Positions 1 through 11,658 of a stretch of 64,000 nt of DNA are shown here, piece after piece (within the stretch, counting starts at the first letter, position 1; each line of letters begins with the position of its first letter). The stretch is taken from positions 62,001 to 126,000 of the forward strand of contig CDMY01000405.1 of the NCBI GenBank assembly GCA_001179505.1. The letters run 5' to 3'. The translations under genes were made by a program, and so were the position numbers. The stretch is from Vitrella brassicaformis CCMP3155 (taxonomy: Eukaryota > Protista > Chromerida). Below the pieces are notes generated by a model. That model ran no database searches, was not told where the DNA came from, and saw only the letters and a program-made list of their open reading frames with translations.

Positions 1-3000
1 TCACAGGGCTCGCAGCGGCCGTCTCGCCCGCGGCCTTGCTCGGCGCCATCTCGACATCGCCATCTGCATCAACACTGACATCTCCATTTCGGCGCCTCTT
101 GCTGACGGGCTCGTGTGCCCACACACAAACGAGCGAAACAAGACACACAGCAGGCAGCCAGGCAGGCAGGCAGTGAATTGCAACACGCTTTCCATTCCGA
201 CACGGGAGGGAGGGAGGTATATATAGAATCCCTCAGTGACTGACTGACAACAATGAATATCTATATGCCCATTTATTTACTTACCTCTTGGTCGTGCTGT
301 CGGCGGCTTCTCTCTTCACTGCGTCCAGCGCCTCAGGGACTTGAACCCGCACACCGTCGCTGGCGCCACTCGCCTCATAGCGCCGCACAAACTCTGCACA
401 CAACCACACAAGGACACACACACACACACACACACGAGTGCGTGTGGGTCATGCATGTCATGGATCGACGCCTCACCTTCTATCTCGCACATTACCCTGA
501 AGTGCTCCGCCGCCCTGACACATCAAAACATGGGCCGGAACAGTACACGGAGAGGCGCAGACATTCAGGGATGAATGACCCAAGCTCGCGTGTGTGGCGT
601 ATTTTCACTCACATGAGCTGCTCCCTCAGGCCAGCACAGCTGCGGCACACCTGAGGACAGCCGACCAGAAAGTAGCACACAACACAAAACACACGCGTCA
701 AGTCAAGTCAAGTGTGTCTGTCAGGCTGGCTGGCTGATATTCCCTGCTTGGCTGCCTGGCTGGCTGCGTGTGTATGTGTACCTCGGTGTGGGCGGCGGCA
801 GTGGGACTCGTGGTTGATGAGGCGGGGGTAGGGCGGGATGCGCCACCTGATTGATGTATGTGTACACACGTACAGTACCTTGTCTCTCTGTGTGTGTGTG
901 TGTGTGTGTGTGGTCTCTCTGTCTCCCACCCCCACCCCCACCTCCACGCCAAACCACCGCACCGCCCGCACTCACCTCTGTCTGCTGCGCCAGGGGGAAC
1001 GATGGCCATTGCACTCGGGAACCGGAACTTCCGATACCCAGCTGTGACTGCAGATACATACCATACACACACATACAGACATACACGTGTGATTCCGTAT
1101 GCTGTGCTACTGACTGACTGACTGACTCACCATCGGTGACGGTGAGAAAGGCGGCATTGATGGCGGGGTCCAGCACGCCCTCCATCGTCACGACCATCCT
1201 AGTGTCGTCCGCTACGCGCAGGTCGGTCAGCACGTGGCGCAGACAGCCATCGCTGAATCAACAACACACAAGCATCGACAGTTGTGTTGTGTTGTGAGGT
1301 GGCCAGTCAGTTGGTCGGTCCAGCGATCGTCGCTCTCACCCCATCAGCTGCGCCAGAATCGACATCGGGAATCTGTCGGTCGCACACACAACACAACACA
1401 ACACAACACAACACAACACAGCACAAAGGAAGGGATACATACACCGGCATCAGGGAGATCAAGAATGAGTGCACCAAGACGAGCTGACTGACTGACTGAC
1501 TGACTGACTGACGCACACACATCCGACTGGCTGGTATGTATCCTTACAGAGCAGTGAGCCTGGCGCTCTCCAGTGACGTCTTGAGCAAAGATGCGAACCC
1601 AGGATTGGCGAAGATGCACAGACCGCTCTGTTTGTTGGTGACACACACAGACAGACAGAAAGGAAGAACAACCTTGACAGACGAACCAACGCACCATCCA
1701 TCCCTCCCTCCCTCTGCAGTCTGCCTGCCTGATGCGGTCAGTGGCCTGTCCTGTCTGTGCTGTCTCCCATCCCACTCACTCACCTTGACGTCGAACACGC
1801 CGAAGCCATCGACCTGCGTCTGCGCCAGCGTCATGAACCCCCGCCAAAGACCCTCTAGCCCGGGAGGGAGCAGGCCACCCGACATCACGCACCTACGGGC
1901 AGACACAGGACGCCCATGAATGCACCCCATATATCCGCCCCTCGGTGCTCACTCATTCACTCACCCGTGGTCACTGCAGAGAGTGCACCGCACCCACCGT
2001 GGCGAAGCCAAACGAAACGACGAGGAAAGATGAAGAGCTGCAGGCGAGGCGGGGTGACGACAAAGCCCATTCAAGGTGGAAGGAAGGGGTCCTGATGAGC
2101 CTGTAGCTAGCTGGCTGGAAAGGTTGGCCTCCCTGTAGCTAGCCACCACAGGCATCAGTGTTACTCACTGGCCCCATCCCCAGCTCTCCCACAGCCCCTT
2201 CCCCATCCTACAAACTGTCCCTATCACGCTCTCGCCTCTCGGCGCTGCCCTCGTCCTGCGTCCAGGCTGTGAAACGGTCGCAGCAGCCGCCGACCCGCCC
2301 GCTGCAGCGGAATGCTGCTGAGCTGATGCCGTCGATCTAGCTGCGGCTGCAGCCCACTGAGTCTGTGCCGCGGCTGACCCAGCAGTGACGCCCGCACCGA
2401 GCGGCGAGCCCCCACCAGCACCCTTGCCGGTCGTCACAGAGGGAGCCGTCGTGGCAGGAAATAAGCTTGGCAGCCTCCACAGAGAAAAAAAGGAGACTGC
2501 CGTCTCGCCGTTCTCGCCGTCTCGGGTCGCGAATTCTCGTCGCGAATTCTCAGTCTGTTTTGGCCGGCCTCGGTGTTTGGCGATCTGCGTGTCGTGTGTC
2601 CGGCTTTCCTGGTGCGCGCTCACTTTCTTTTGACGAATCGATACAAGGACCGACAAGCACACACACACACACACACAGCCGCCTGTGCACGTGAGGGCCT
2701 ATGTGATGTACACTCATCCCCAAGGCGTAGTCAGTTGGCCGGATGCGAGTACATATACAGTGACTATGAACGATTATAACACGCGCACGTAAGGCAGTTG
2801 ACTGACTTTTGATCATGTTATCATGCAGATGCAGATAGGTCCCTGCATGTCCATAACACAAACAGCTACCACGACAGACACGCACTGACGCGACACCAAA
2901 GCCCCCTCTGTCTCACATCCATCCATCACCGCCGGCAGCCAACACTGCGCGATCGACGTTTGCAGCCCCTTCACCCACACGGTTGTCAGACGCACGCTGC

Positions 3001-3017
3001 TCCACGTGTGCCGACAT
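1..3017 (-). CDS. Multi-exon hypothetical protein with a PAS/PAC-like segment; 3' end runs off the left edge; 5' exons uncertain
   Basis: Phase-compatible GT-AG exons from ~1380 down to 1 give ...GDGCLRHVLTDLRVADDTRMVVTMEGVLDPAINAAFLTVTD|VTAGYRKFRF...AHTE|VCRSCAGLREQLM|AAEHFRVMCEIE|EFVRRYE...|SKRRRNGDVSVDADGDVEM. Upstream exons give GFGVFDVK|SGLCIFANPGFASLL, which resembles a PAS N-terminus. Candidate ATG at 3017 (MSAHVEQRASD). Joins between 1400 and 3000 are not fully resolved. Confidence 0.45.
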
Positions 3018-3117
3018 GCGTGTGGAGGAAGACACCGAAAATATCAGATCGCACTGACTGACAGGGAATCTCTTTTTTCCAAACAACAGCCGCCCCGGCT
3101 GCCGGTCATCTGTTCAT

Positions 3118-3608
3118 TCACTGCGTGGGCCAGTTGATTCTCTTGAGGTTGAGGTTGTCGACACTGATGTTGTGGTTGAGCCACGCCATCTTGGACGCCA
3201 CACCGGTCGACGGCTCCACAAACCCGTCGATGGCCGCCTTGGCGCGAGCGATGATGCTCTCGAACTCACACCGATTCTCGGGCGTCACCTTGACGCGATA
3301 GCCGTCGTCGTTCTTCATCACCACAACGGTCGGCACGTCCTGCACATACGGACCGAACGACAGACATGCATGTCTGCTCTGCATTTCCCCTTCCCTTCCC
3401 TCACATCGACGTCGGCATGGTATGCGGCCCTTGGGCACGCGTCGGTGTCGATGGAGAGGAAGATGTGTTTGGGGTAGGTCTTGGCCATCTCCTCCATCCG
3501 AGGAGCCAGTATCTTGGACCACAGGCTGAAACTCGCCGTGAAGAAACACACCAACAGCTCCGGCCGCTTGTAGAGAAAAAACTCGTAGTCCTCCATACTC
3601 GTGACTCT

Positions 3609-3647
<39 letters not shown>

Positions 3648-4079
3648 CCATCGGTCCCGTCACACATCAAGGATCTGTGCATTCTTGCAGCGTGAGCTCA
3701 CAATCATGCCAGGGTGCCCCTTCATGAGCTCGGCAGCCTTCTCCTCATCGGCCTTGCTCATGGCCTCCTGCACCATCTGCTGCTTGAGCAGGTGCGCCTC
3801 CTTCTCGCGCTCCGTCCGCCACGTCAGATCCCACACGGCCTTGTCGTGCTCCTCCTTGCCGCCCTCAGGGCTGGTCACCTCCACCACCAGCTTGCCGTCC
3901 TTTTCCACAGGCGCAGAGACCACATAGCGCTTGAGCGATGCCGGCACGTCGGGCAGCGGGGCCTTGGGCGGATCAGGCACAAGCACTGTGGAAAAGGCCC
4001 TCACAGAGCCGACAGGCGGACGCCGACGGAGGCATCTGAGCTGGCGCGCCAGCGGTGCTGCAATGGCCTTGCGCATCAT
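3118..4079 (-). CDS. Thioredoxin-fold protein with mitochondrial-type presequence, lacking CxxC (3 exons)
   Basis: Exon 1 begins MMRKAIAAPLARQLRCLRRRPPVGSVRAFST (Arg-rich, ending RAFS). Exon 2 is RVTSMEDYEFFLYKRPELLVCFFTASFSLWSKILAPRMEEMAKTYPKHIFLSIDTDACPRAAYHADV and exon 3 starts DVPTVVVMK. This follows the thioredoxin pattern, including the xPT cis-Pro motif. Stop at 3118-3120. Confidence 0.8.
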
Positions 4080-4260
4080 CTGCTGTGCCTGCCCTCTCTG
4101 GACAGGCACAATGGGCTTCTCTCTTGGCTGTTTTTCCTGCGGCAGCAGCGGTTTGCTTGCGGCAGATCTGCAAGCTCAAATGCGATTCGACACGCAGGCT
4201 TGCAGACAGATCTGCAGCGGAACACTCGTCGCCCTGCATGGAAGATAGCGGCAGTGAGCT

Positions 4261-6640
4261 ATGCGCATGAAGTTGCACTTGATCGTCTCAGTTATCCCGG
4301 TGCTATGGGTGCAATGCATCGCATTCCAAGGCCCTCGGCCTTCCCTTCCGCTGTTTGCCGGTCCTCCCCAGCCATTGCTGAGCAGCAGGCGGCGTGCAGC
4401 GCGCTCACAGATCCTTCAACGATCAACTGCTGTCAAGGAGGGAGGGGAGGTGCCGTCTTCTCCGGCTGCGCCAGCGGCGAAGGTGCCCGTGCCATCTCCC
4501 CTTTCCCCACCCCCTCCCCCTCCCTCTGCCTCACCAAGACCGCAACGCAACGAAGTCGAGATCATCCGGCGGTTCGAGCAGTGGGCGCGAGAGAAGGCCC
4601 GCGTCATGTTCCAGTCTGTGTCACACGGCTACTTCCTGGACAGCAATCGGGGCAAGCCGGCGCTCTCCTTGGCGGCTCTGCAGCGGTGCCGCGGTGTCAA
4701 AGTGAATGCTGACGTCAAGGCGGGCGAGGCTCTCATTGCGGTGCCGATTGACGCGGCCATTGTTGCCACCGCCAACGGGACTCTACCAGAGGAGCTGAGC
4801 GGGTGGCTGAATGCGCCTTACTGGAAGGAGGCCTCTCTGCCCGTGCGGCTGGCTTTGAAGCTGCTGCACGAAAAGGAGAAAGGGGAGGCGTCTGAGTGGG
4901 CTGAGTATGTTGCCTTCCTGCCGCCGGTTGGGTCGTTCCCGACACCGCTGCACTGGAGCGATGACGAGCTGCAGAAGCTGAAGCTGGGTCGGATGATAGA
5001 GATGGTGAAGCGGCAGAGGGAGGGGTGGAGAGGGCTGCACGAAGATCTGCTGCAGTGAGTGAGAATGGGAAGGAGGGAGGGATGGGATGGCGTGGATGAG
5101 ATGAGATGAGCATGAAGGGACGTTCGTGTGTTCCCTGTGTGTGCATGTCAGGAGAGGTCTGAAGGATGCCTCTGGCGGCTCTCTGTCTTGGGAAGACTTT
5201 GCCTGGGCGCTTGAGATCGTCTCCAGTCGAGCATTTGCAGGCAACTTCACACAGGTAAACAACCTCCTTAAGTCAATATGAGCCACACTGCCGCTCCGCT
5301 GTATTCACTCGTCTTGCATCGCTGTCCCTCAGACGTCTCCCCTCTTGCTCGGCGCCCTGCAGCTGGCCTGGGCGATAGCGGTGGCCTTTGCTATTGTCCA
5401 GCTCTACACGTCATCGGGCCAGGCCGACCCCCCAATACCACTCATCGTTGCCGGTGGAGCGGCTGCTCTTCTCCCGGGCATCGCATCGTCGGCCCTCGAG
5501 GGGAGGAGGGGTGCTGACAAGGGCGGGAGTGACCTGGCGCTGGTGCCTGTGCTCGATTCGGTCAACCATCTGACGGTGTCTGAGGCGCAGTTTGGGTATG
5601 ACGGCGTCAAGCGGGCCTTCACACTCACCGCTGACAAGGACCAGGGACCTGGCGACCAGGTAGGCAGGCGAGGAGAAGGGGAGGGAAAAGGGGCAAGGCG
5701 CATACAGCAGGAAACGGCTGCCTGTGTATACGCGCGTTGTCTGTGGCACTCAACATGCAGGTGTTCCTCAACGTCGGCGAGAAGAGCAATGACTACTGGC
5801 TGCAGTATGGCGGGTGAGCAAAGCAGAGCAGAGCCGGGCCGGCCGGGCCGCCGATGCATTCATTGTCTTTGATTGCCTATGTGCCTTACTCAGGTTTGTG
5901 GAGCGTCGCAACCCCAGTGACGACTTCACGTTGGATGTCATCGGGTGGGTCAAGAGGCAGCCGTCCCCGCCGCCCGATGACCGGTTTAGGCTCCTGGAGA
6001 GCACCAACATGAGGCGGTACCTGGACTCGCTGCAGTGCCTCCGCAACGGCCTCGTGCCGGCACTCGAGAAGGCCGTCACAGCACTATGGATACTCGTGGG
6101 GGCGACGCAAGCTGAGGTCAGCAGACATGGGGAGGGGAGGGAGGGAGGTGGCCAGCCGACGGATGTGTGACGGCGATGTACGTGTGTGTGTGTGAGTCTG
6201 CACAGATTCGGTTTGTGGTTGATTGGATTCGCAATGCGAATTTCCGGGTGGTGCAGGGGGTGTCGACGGCCACTGAGATCAAGGCATACGAGACCATCGA
6301 GGTAGGTGGACAGCGCATCAACGGGCACAGGGGGCATCAAACACCCATTGCTGGCCTGGCTCGTGTGCTGTGCAGGGAGCGGCGCAAGACATGGTCGCTC
6401 GGCTGGACCCCACAGACAAGGAGAGGAAGGAGGCCGACAGGTATAGACTACAATACACACAGAGGGAGCAGCTGCACCGGCCGAAAAGTGTGCCCCTTGT
6501 TCAGTTTGCGTGGGATGGCCCGTGAGCGGCACGAGCTGGCTCTCAAGTATCGTGACGAGAAGGTGACGCTGCTGCGGGACGTTGTCAAGAGATGCAGAAA
6601 CGAGAAGCGATTCTTCCAGAGGTCCTTGCAGAACAAATGA
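4261..6640 (+). CDS. Rubisco-LSMT-like SET-domain protein with signal peptide plus transit-like leader (predicted plastid)
   Basis: Leader MKLHLIVSVIPVLWVQCIAF followed by a Ser/Arg/Pro-rich stretch. SET-family motifs: RGVKV, LALKLLHEKEKGEASEWAEYVAFLP, TPLHWSDDEL, WALEIVSSRAF, LVPVLDSVNH, GDQ|VFLNVGEKSNDYWLQYG|GFVERRNPSD. Last exon ends ...RFFQRSLQNK* at 6640. Confidence 0.85.
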
Positions 6641-6953
6641 ATGAGTGACCGACCGTTGCTGTCTATGGTCTGTCTGGGAAATGAAGCTGCTGAGTGAGGA
6701 GCTACGGACGGTCACATGCACACTCAGAGCATGGGAGGGGAGATGTGTGTATGTGATGTGTGTGTTTGACTGCGTACGACGGATGACTGACGCCACTTGC
6801 ACGGGCAACCGATCAGCCGTCGATGTGATCATAATGATTATGTGGCCGGCATGTGATCACCCAGTTCGGCCCCTTCCCCACATACGCACGGCACACCCAT
6901 GTTTGAGCTCATGCGTCCACCTGTCTTCGGAGGACACCTTCCGAGCAGCGAGT

Positions 6954-9900
6954 TCAGACCGGCAGCGCGTCCAGAAACATCTCCTCGCTAAGTGATATCT
7001 GCACACGTACACATACGCACCCCGGCAGATAAGACATACTGTGTTGGTCCGGTCCCTGCATTCATCCCATTGGCGTCTGTCGATCGCCCGGCCAGCAGTC
7101 CGCTCAGCCCTTCTTACCATCCGAGTCTCCTTATGCATGGGAACCGACAGGCTCCACCCTGCACACACCACCAAAAGAGACAACTTTGAGTCAAACAAAA
7201 CAGACAGTTCGTTGAAAAGAACACGCCATCCCCTTTCTGCCGTTCGGCCTGCACGCACAGATGCGCGTACCAGTGCCCTGCATGATGTTGCCGGGCGCCA
7301 GCCGCCCACGGACCCGAAACCGAATGGGCACGGCGGCCGTGGTAGGGTTGGGCAGCGTCAGCAGCACCGCCCCGTGGAACACGCCCTCCCTCGGCGACGC
7401 ACTCGGCTTCAGCTCATACAGCTGCACACAGCAGTCCTCACCCCCACCCACATCGTCGCATTTGACCATGCGAGGCACGCCGACCTCCAGCAGCACAGCC
7501 ATCCCTTTGTCCTTCCACATAGACCCGCCCCCCTCCATCTCCACCTTGACAGACAGCCGCACACCCAGGCAGGCGCGGAGCCGCAGCAGCGGAGCATTAG
7601 CAGGACATGACGTCCCTTTCGGCTTTGACGACGACACAGATGATAAAGATGAAGATGAAGGTGAAGGTGAAGATGCGCAGCGGAGCCCCAGCACCGACCC
7701 CTTTCTCAGTGGCAGCTGGCCCTTCCGCACAGGAGTCTGGGGGGAGGGGGGCAGCGGGGCGTTGGCCAGGGCGACCGTCAGGCTGCACTTGAGGGGGGCG
7801 ACAGAGGGGTCGTCGAGCAGAGAGGGCAGAGAGGTTGGCATCACCGACGGCAGCAGACGGCCGAGCGACAAGCGAAAGAAGTCTGGGGGCTTGGTGGCCG
7901 TGTCGGGCGGCGGCTGGTCCGCATCAGCCCGTGCCGGCAGTGCTCGCGCGGCCCGCATGGCATCCTGACACGCCACATCAGACGCCGGGGGCTCGATGAA
8001 TGCCGCCACCGTCCACACGGCAAGGAGACGCAGACACCCAACAGTGGTCCGCAGGGTGGGGCCGAGATGGAAGCCCACCAGCAGCCGCGTCGTCAGCCTG
8101 TGAAGCTCCACAGCGGTTTTCAACACTGCCGGCTGATGCGTCTTGCCTGTGGCTGGCATGAGGGCGACGCAGGTGATCTCCATGGCCATCTGGAGACCCT
8201 TGAGGATCACGAGAGAAGCTTCGGAGGATGGGGGCAGGAGGGAGGACTTTGGGGGGTCGCCGCTGCTGTCTGGCTCAGATGAGGTCCTCACGGCGCCCTT
8301 GAGGCCTTCAAGGACGCCGACCTGCTCCTTCATGCGTGCCAGCAGGGCCGACAGCCGGTCCTCCTGTCCGTCGGGGGCGGCCTGAGCCATGAGGTGGGTC
8401 ACCTGGTCCTTCATCTCCTCATAGATGGTCCCGACGCTCGTCATCTTGGCCGCCATGCCCTCCCGCACCCTCTTGGCCTCCTCCTCCCTCTCGGCCTTGT
8501 CGTCCCGCACATAGACGCTCACATAAACTTTGCCGAGGCTCCCATTCGCCTCTGGGCCCCCCTGCCCACCGGAGGACTTGTCCACATCCATCGTGACGGC
8601 CTCACCACGGCTACCACCACCACCACTACCACCATTCTCACCCGCGTCGCCACTCACCAGCAGCGTCTTGTCCCGGACCATCTTGGCCTGGTGAGCCGTG
8701 AAGGTCAGCGGGGCCATCTCCTGCGGCGGGGCGACTGGCCGCCACTGCTGGCCCACCAGTGGGGGCGATGCTTCTGGTGCAAAGTGGAAGAGGAGGTGGG
8801 GGATGAAGTGGGGCAGGGCCGACCTGTGGGAGGGGTATGCGGTGAGGAACGACAGGGGCAGCAGGGGGGCGAGGGCTGGGTCGTGGGGGATGGCCGTGAA
8901 CATCAGCACGGCGGCGCACCGGTGGCGGAACTCCTTCTTGAACGACGAGCGGGGCGCAAAACTGACGGACAGACAGACCGGGAGGCGGAGAGCGGAGTGA
9001 TTGTGGTGTGAGGGCGACGGGCCTTTTCCAGTGTGTGTTGGTCTCTCTCCCTTTGACTCACTCACTTGGTATCCCACTTGAGCATCACGTGCAGCTGCTC
9101 CTTGACAAACGAAGCGTGCTCGCGGCCATGGTAGGACATACACCTGCACACACGCACAGGCCACAGGTGCCACTACTCCGTTCCCATTCCATCCTGGCCT
9201 AGCCTAGCCCGCCACCGACACGACCGACATACTTGTAGATGAGAGTGGCGTCTTCCTCTCTGAATGGGACATCCATGAGGGCCTCGAAGGTGGTCTTGAG
9301 GGCCTTGCTGTGTGCGAACTTGCACCGCTCCAGCAGCCAGTAGACGACCTCCCTGTCCTCCACCTTGCGGTCTCGCAGCGCCAGCATTATCCGCTTCATC
9401 GCTCCGTCCTTCAGAGGGGACACGTGAGACAACGCCACCTTCAACTGACCACCAAACACACACACACACACACACACACGCCCACACATGCAGTGCAGAG
9501 ACAGCAGGGAGTGCTGGTTGTGTGGGTGTGGTGTGGTGTGGGTGGGCTACCTCCCCTACCCTACCTCAGCAGTGGCCATCCTGACGCGGACATTCTCCTC
9601 TCCGATGTGGTCGACAGTGCCGATGTGGATGACGTGCACCACGTCCTCTGACAGCCGGGGGACGCGGTGCGGCAGGGCCGACCCATTGCTGGTGGCACCG
9701 GTGGGCGGCTCGGTGTCAGGGGCCTGCGCCCATATGATCTGGGTGAGGGCCTTGATGGTCGCGATCTGCACCTCCGGGCACTCGTCTTCCAACAAACCCA
9801 GGAAGATCCTGCACGCGCGCGCAGACGGCCGGCTGGCCTATTCAGTATGTATCGCGTCTCGTGTGTACCACTCTCCCACGTACGTACCCGCGGAGCCACG

Positions 9901-11423
9901 TGGCCGATCGGTCATTGTCCTGCCAGCCCGCCCAGTCGCGCCGCATCGGCATCTTCTCCTTGGGCATCTGCGGCCGGGCGTTGTCAGGCGGCCATGCTCT
10001 CGTGAACTCGCTACTGGCGTCCACCACGATGGGCATCTCCGCCAGCCCGGCCTCGATGACCTCCTGTGGCGCCATGCGGTGCTCGGGGAAGGGCAGGGTC
10101 TCCCGGGGAGGGAGGAGCGGCAGCGGGGGCGTGTCGACGATCTCCGGCGCCTTGTACTTCTGCACGTGCAGTAGCTTCTGAATGATGAGGTCGAGCTCGC
10201 GGGCAGAGGGGTAGGGGGACGACAGGAGCCGGCCGAAGGCATACGCCACCTCACGACGCACTGACCAGTCCTCGTCAACTGAGTGACAGAAAGAAAATAA
10301 GACAGACACACACAGCCGTGAGTGAGGTGAAAGAGGAGGAAGGAAACAGATTCATTGATATGCATCGGTAGTTGCCCTCACTCACCTGCGAGTATGGCCA
10401 TGGCGTTGCCCACGTTCCGGCACGTGATGTGGTTGTTAACGGCGCTGACCACATCCCCGTCTCTCTGCAGCCGCATCCATAACTCCTCATTATTCTCATC
10501 TCCACCACCCACCTCCATCTTGACCACAACGCCGCCAGGCGCCTCCACACTACTCGCCGCTGCAGCTGCAGCAGCCGCGGGTGGCCTGCTCTTGTCCCTA
10601 ATGACCTCAATCGTCTCGCGATACGCCACATAGACGGCAACGACCGCAGGGATGGCGCGCCGACGCACGACAGTCGACACGTGGCGCAGACACGTCAAGC
10701 CGCATATAACGCACTGTCGCAGGGCCGAGAGGAGGTCACGCAGCGGGGTGTGGGCGCCTGATGAGCCGGGCTGTGTGTCGTCAATGGCTGCCCTGAGGTC
10801 CTGGGGGACTCGCCCTGCGGCCATGACGACCTCACACAGCGCATGGACAATGAGAAGGGGCTGCGACGAGAGATCCTCCACCCTCGAGACCAGACGCCTG
10901 AAGCAGACAGACACACAACCACACAGAACATATTGAACTACCATCCCGGCCGCTCGAGCTGTAAAAGTATGAGTGTGTGATGGACCTACCTGAGTTCGCT
11001 GACAGTGTCGTGCTTGATGGGCACCGCCACCCCGCCCCTGCCATCAGGTGGCAGCGAGGCCATCGGGGCCACCTCCTCCTCGTCATAATTCCTCAGCCTG
11101 TTGTCCATGGTCTGCGTCTTGCGCACCTTGTGTTTGGCCGGATCTGTCTTGACGCGCTTGCTGGTGGGAGCTGGCGACACCAGCCCGCCATGGCCCTGCA
11201 GCTGTGGCATCGGATCACGCCGCTTGACGGGCAGCATCTTCTTGGGCTCCTTTGATTCCATCTCCCGCTTGACGTGTGGTTGCTGCCGTCGCGATGAAGG
11301 GCGGGGAGGTGGACGTGGTGGAGGCGGCGGCGGCGGCGGCGGTGGCCGGCCTCGACTCATCGACGAGTGGCCACGCCACCTTGCCCCAGGAGGAGGCATT
11401 GAAGGATTGGGAGGACCAAACAT
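6954..11423 (-). CDS. INTS4: HEAT-repeat protein resembling Integrator subunit 4 / plant SIEL (multi-exon; 3' end approximate)
   Basis: Segments DEDWSVRREVA, LEDECPEVQIATIKALTQI, IGEENVRVRMA and LKDGAMKRIMLALRDRKVEDREVVYWLLERCKF...FEALMDVP...ATLIYK|...YHGREHASFV parallel INTS4 motifs as recalled (LEDExxEVRIAA; LREDQLDTVLAVLEDSSRDIREALHELL...FLGSRHPTLV). Probable last exon ISLSEEMFLDALPV*. Confidence 0.6.
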
Positions 11424-11497
11424 TCGTCACACGCCAGGAGCTTTGATCCTACGCTACGCTGAGGTTGGCCTGACCGCTTCACGGATTCTCCCCGACC

Positions 11498-11563
11498 TCA
11501 GAAATGGGTTAGAGAGTCCCCTTGTCGAAAAAGGGACAGCAGCAGCGGTTTCGAAAAAGGGAC
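11498..11563 (+). promoter_or_regulatory. Conserved element in the INTS4/DDX1 bidirectional promoter (copy of the 29197-29244 element)
   Basis: 11498-11537 reads TCAGAAATGGGTTAGAGAGTCCCCTTGTCGAAAAAGGGAC. It matches the reverse complement of 29197-29244 with one mismatch and an 8-nt deletion. TCGAAAAAGGGAC recurs at 11551-11563. Confidence 0.55.
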
Positions 11564-11658
11564 AGCACTGCGAGCTTGAAAGTGGCGGGTCCGAAGAAGA
11601 GGATGATTCTCTTTTTCCTTGGCTGTTCTCTTCTGTGGTGAGAGAGCGGATCCGAGCA

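Noticed and set aside
253-654. Plus-strand 133-aa ORF and many similar six-frame ORFs rich in HTHT, CVCV or TDRQ
   Set aside because: These are translations of intronic microsatellites or antisense shadows of real minus-strand exons.
3714-4712. 332-aa plus-strand ORF
   Set aside because: Antisense to the thioredoxin-fold exon 1 and out of frame with the SET gene; no domain signal.
5768-6832. 354-aa minus-strand ORF
   Set aside because: Antisense shadow of the SET gene exons in GC-rich DNA.
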